A stretch of DNA of 63,393 nt, filler included, from Octopus bimaculoides (taxonomy: Eukaryota), in NCBI RefSeq assembly GCF_001194135.2. It is 5 parts of 5 records of this genome, joined end to end, with 100 filler letters (N's around TTAATTAATTAA, not from the genome) between each part and the next. Parts side by side here need not be neighbours in the genome. Positions count along the whole stretch, not along the records: positions 61,454 to 63,393 come from NC_068983.1; 4 more parts are not named here. The stretch is one strand, 5' to 3'. The translations under genes were made by a program, and so were the position numbers. The notes beneath the pieces were generated by a model. It saw nothing but the letters and a program-made list of their open reading frames with translations, was not told the origin of the DNA and ran no database searches. Positions within the stretch are counted from its first letter, which is position 1. Every line of letters starts with the position of its first letter. This document shows positions 61,543 to 63,393 of the stretch, one piece after another.

Positions 61543-62085
61543 TCATACACCCACTCATGCAATCATTCTTTTCTCTTTTGATTCATCTCAAATACATACT
61601 CTCTCTCTCTCACACACACACACACGTGCCACCTTCACTCGCCTATTTACAAATACATGTACAGCAACACAGAGAAAAACTCAAATCCCGCTTTTTATTA
61701 TTTCTCCTTCAAAGTGCCAATTATATAATCAAAGGAAAATTGCAGCCCCTTATCCAGGCTATTATTGGAAATTGACCATACACTTGGGATATTGGTGGCC
61801 AATTGATATTGGAATTCATGGGAAGGTTCCACTGTTCACTCACAGACTAAGCTGCTATTCCTAATTCTAATTGAAGGAATATAGATCTACTTAGAATTGG
61901 TTTTAGTGATTTAAAGAAATTTTCTAATATGTGGGTCCACGCAAATGAAAGGATATATGTGTGAGGGATTGTGTGTGTGTGTGTGCTTTGTGTGTATTCA
62001 TGTGTTATGTATGTGTATGTGTGTTTATATATACATGCATTCATACATATCTATATGTATGTACATGTGTGTGTGTGTGCATCTT

Positions 62086-62121
<36 letters not shown>

Positions 62122-62123
<2 letters not shown>

Positions 62124-62261
62124 TATAGCCACAGGCTCATCAAAGCTTTGTTTTGGGATTTGGTAGATGGAAACTGAAAGAAGCCCATCGTATATATNNN
62201 NNNNNNNNNNNNNNNNNNNNNNNNNNNNNNNNNNNNNNNNNNNNNNNNNNNNNNNNNNNNN

Positions 62262-62295
<34 letters not shown>

Positions 62296-62298
62296 TAG

Positions 62299-62344
<46 letters not shown>

Positions 62345-62500
62345 TTGCGAGTCTTGACAACCGATGTTGGTGTGTTTACATCCGCGTAACTTAATGGTTC
62401 AGCAGAAGAGACCAATAGGATAAGTTCTAGCCTTAAAATAAGTCCTGGGGTTGATTTGTTTGACTAAAGGTGGTGCTCCTGCATGGCTGCAGTCAAATGA
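62122..62500 (+). mobile_element. SINE family A, 5'-truncated, with a gap in the spacer
   Basis: ctatagcc...ggaaactgaaagaagcccatcg, then right arm 62340-62500. Confidence 0.85.
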
Positions 62501-62650
62501 CAATATATTGTAAATGCATGCACACATACTCATATAAATGCATATACACATACACACACATACGCATAAAAGCTAGATATGAATATGTGTGAGTCTGTGT
62601 GGAGAGAGAGAGAGAGAGAGAGNNNNNNNNNNAATATGTGTGAGTCTGTG

Positions 62651-62690
<40 letters not shown>

Positions 62691-62719
62691 AAGTGATAGT
62701 TTGATAACTATGTTGGTAT

Positions 62720-63100
62720 GTAGGCATGGCTGTGTGGTAAAAAGCTTGCTACTCAACCACACAGTTCTGGGTTCAATTCCACTGCATGATATTTTGTGTA
62801 GGTGTCACCTACTAGAGACTTGGGCCAACTAAAGTTTTGTGAATCGATTTGATAGACAGAAACTGAAAGAAGCACATTGTATATGCACATGTGTATGTGT
62901 GTATGTGTGTTTGACTCCTACCTGGTACAACTGGTGTTGGTGTGATTACATCCCTGTAACTTAGTAGTTTGGCAAAAGAGACCAATAGAATAAGTACCTG
63001 ACTTTTGAGAAAGTAAGTCCTGGGTTTGATTCATTCAACTTAAAATTCTGCAAAGCAGTGCCCCAGCATGGCCACAGTCTAATTACTGAAACAAAAAGAA
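62720..63100 (+). mobile_element. SINE family A, near full length, diverged
   Basis: Head tggctgtgtggtaaaaagcttgc, B-box ggttcaattcc, both arms and tail. Confidence 0.88.
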
Positions 63101-63393
63101 AAAGACAAATGACATACATACACACACATTTTTATATTTAGGGTTCTATGTGTGCATTGTTACTCCTGCACCTTTAAATATTTTAAAAAGTAAATATTTT
63201 TAAAAAGTAAATCTTACTAAATTTTTTAATTTAGTCTCTCTCATTTCCCTAATAACTATTTTATTTGAGGTATGACTTTTAATATATACTTAGAATACAT
63301 TTTAACCTTTCCCAACCCACTGATAGTAGTCCTACATTTTCTCTAAGTTGTTCTGAGTCTTTTTCGAAAACCTTAGCTTTATTTCTCTTAATT

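Noticed and set aside
61707-61865. Open frame after a pyrimidine-rich acceptor-like site (CQLYNQRKIAAPYPGYYW...)
   Set aside because: The peptide is unrecognised and the donors are weak. The minus strand has a faint WPP..SVWSI transposase-like echo, so neither reading is supportable.

Overview
This is eukaryotic, AT-rich, microsatellite-dense genomic DNA from a gappy draft scaffold. The SINE repertoire and repeat density look like an octopus genome (inference). I find no intact protein-coding gene, rRNA, tRNA or CRISPR array. Almost all ORFs in the supplied track are artefacts of microsatellites or N-runs. The window is a mosaic of mobile DNA. It holds dozens of tRNA-derived SINE copies in three local families, which I label A, B and C; these share and swap modules. 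It also holds decayed non-LTR retroelements (two R4/Dong-like RT fragments around a (TAA)n tract, an L1/Tx1 C-terminus, RTE 3' ends and two Penelope-like fossils), mariner/Tc1 remnants, and two TA-flanked elements with long terminal inverted repeats. The best lead is a near-canonical minimal type I hammerhead ribozyme motif (10313-10349). It lies in a ~200-bp element inserted in the microsatellite spacer of a SINE, and further decayed hammerhead-like motifs occur elsewhere. Other leads are a 27-bp tandem array built from a SINE Pol III A-box, a palindromic element whose sister arm preserves the empty site of an RTE insertion, and a CpG-rich segment with a duplicated double-hairpin. Four artificial 100-bp scaffold linkers split the window into five separately assembled pieces. 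All homology calls are from motif recognition by eye, not database searches.
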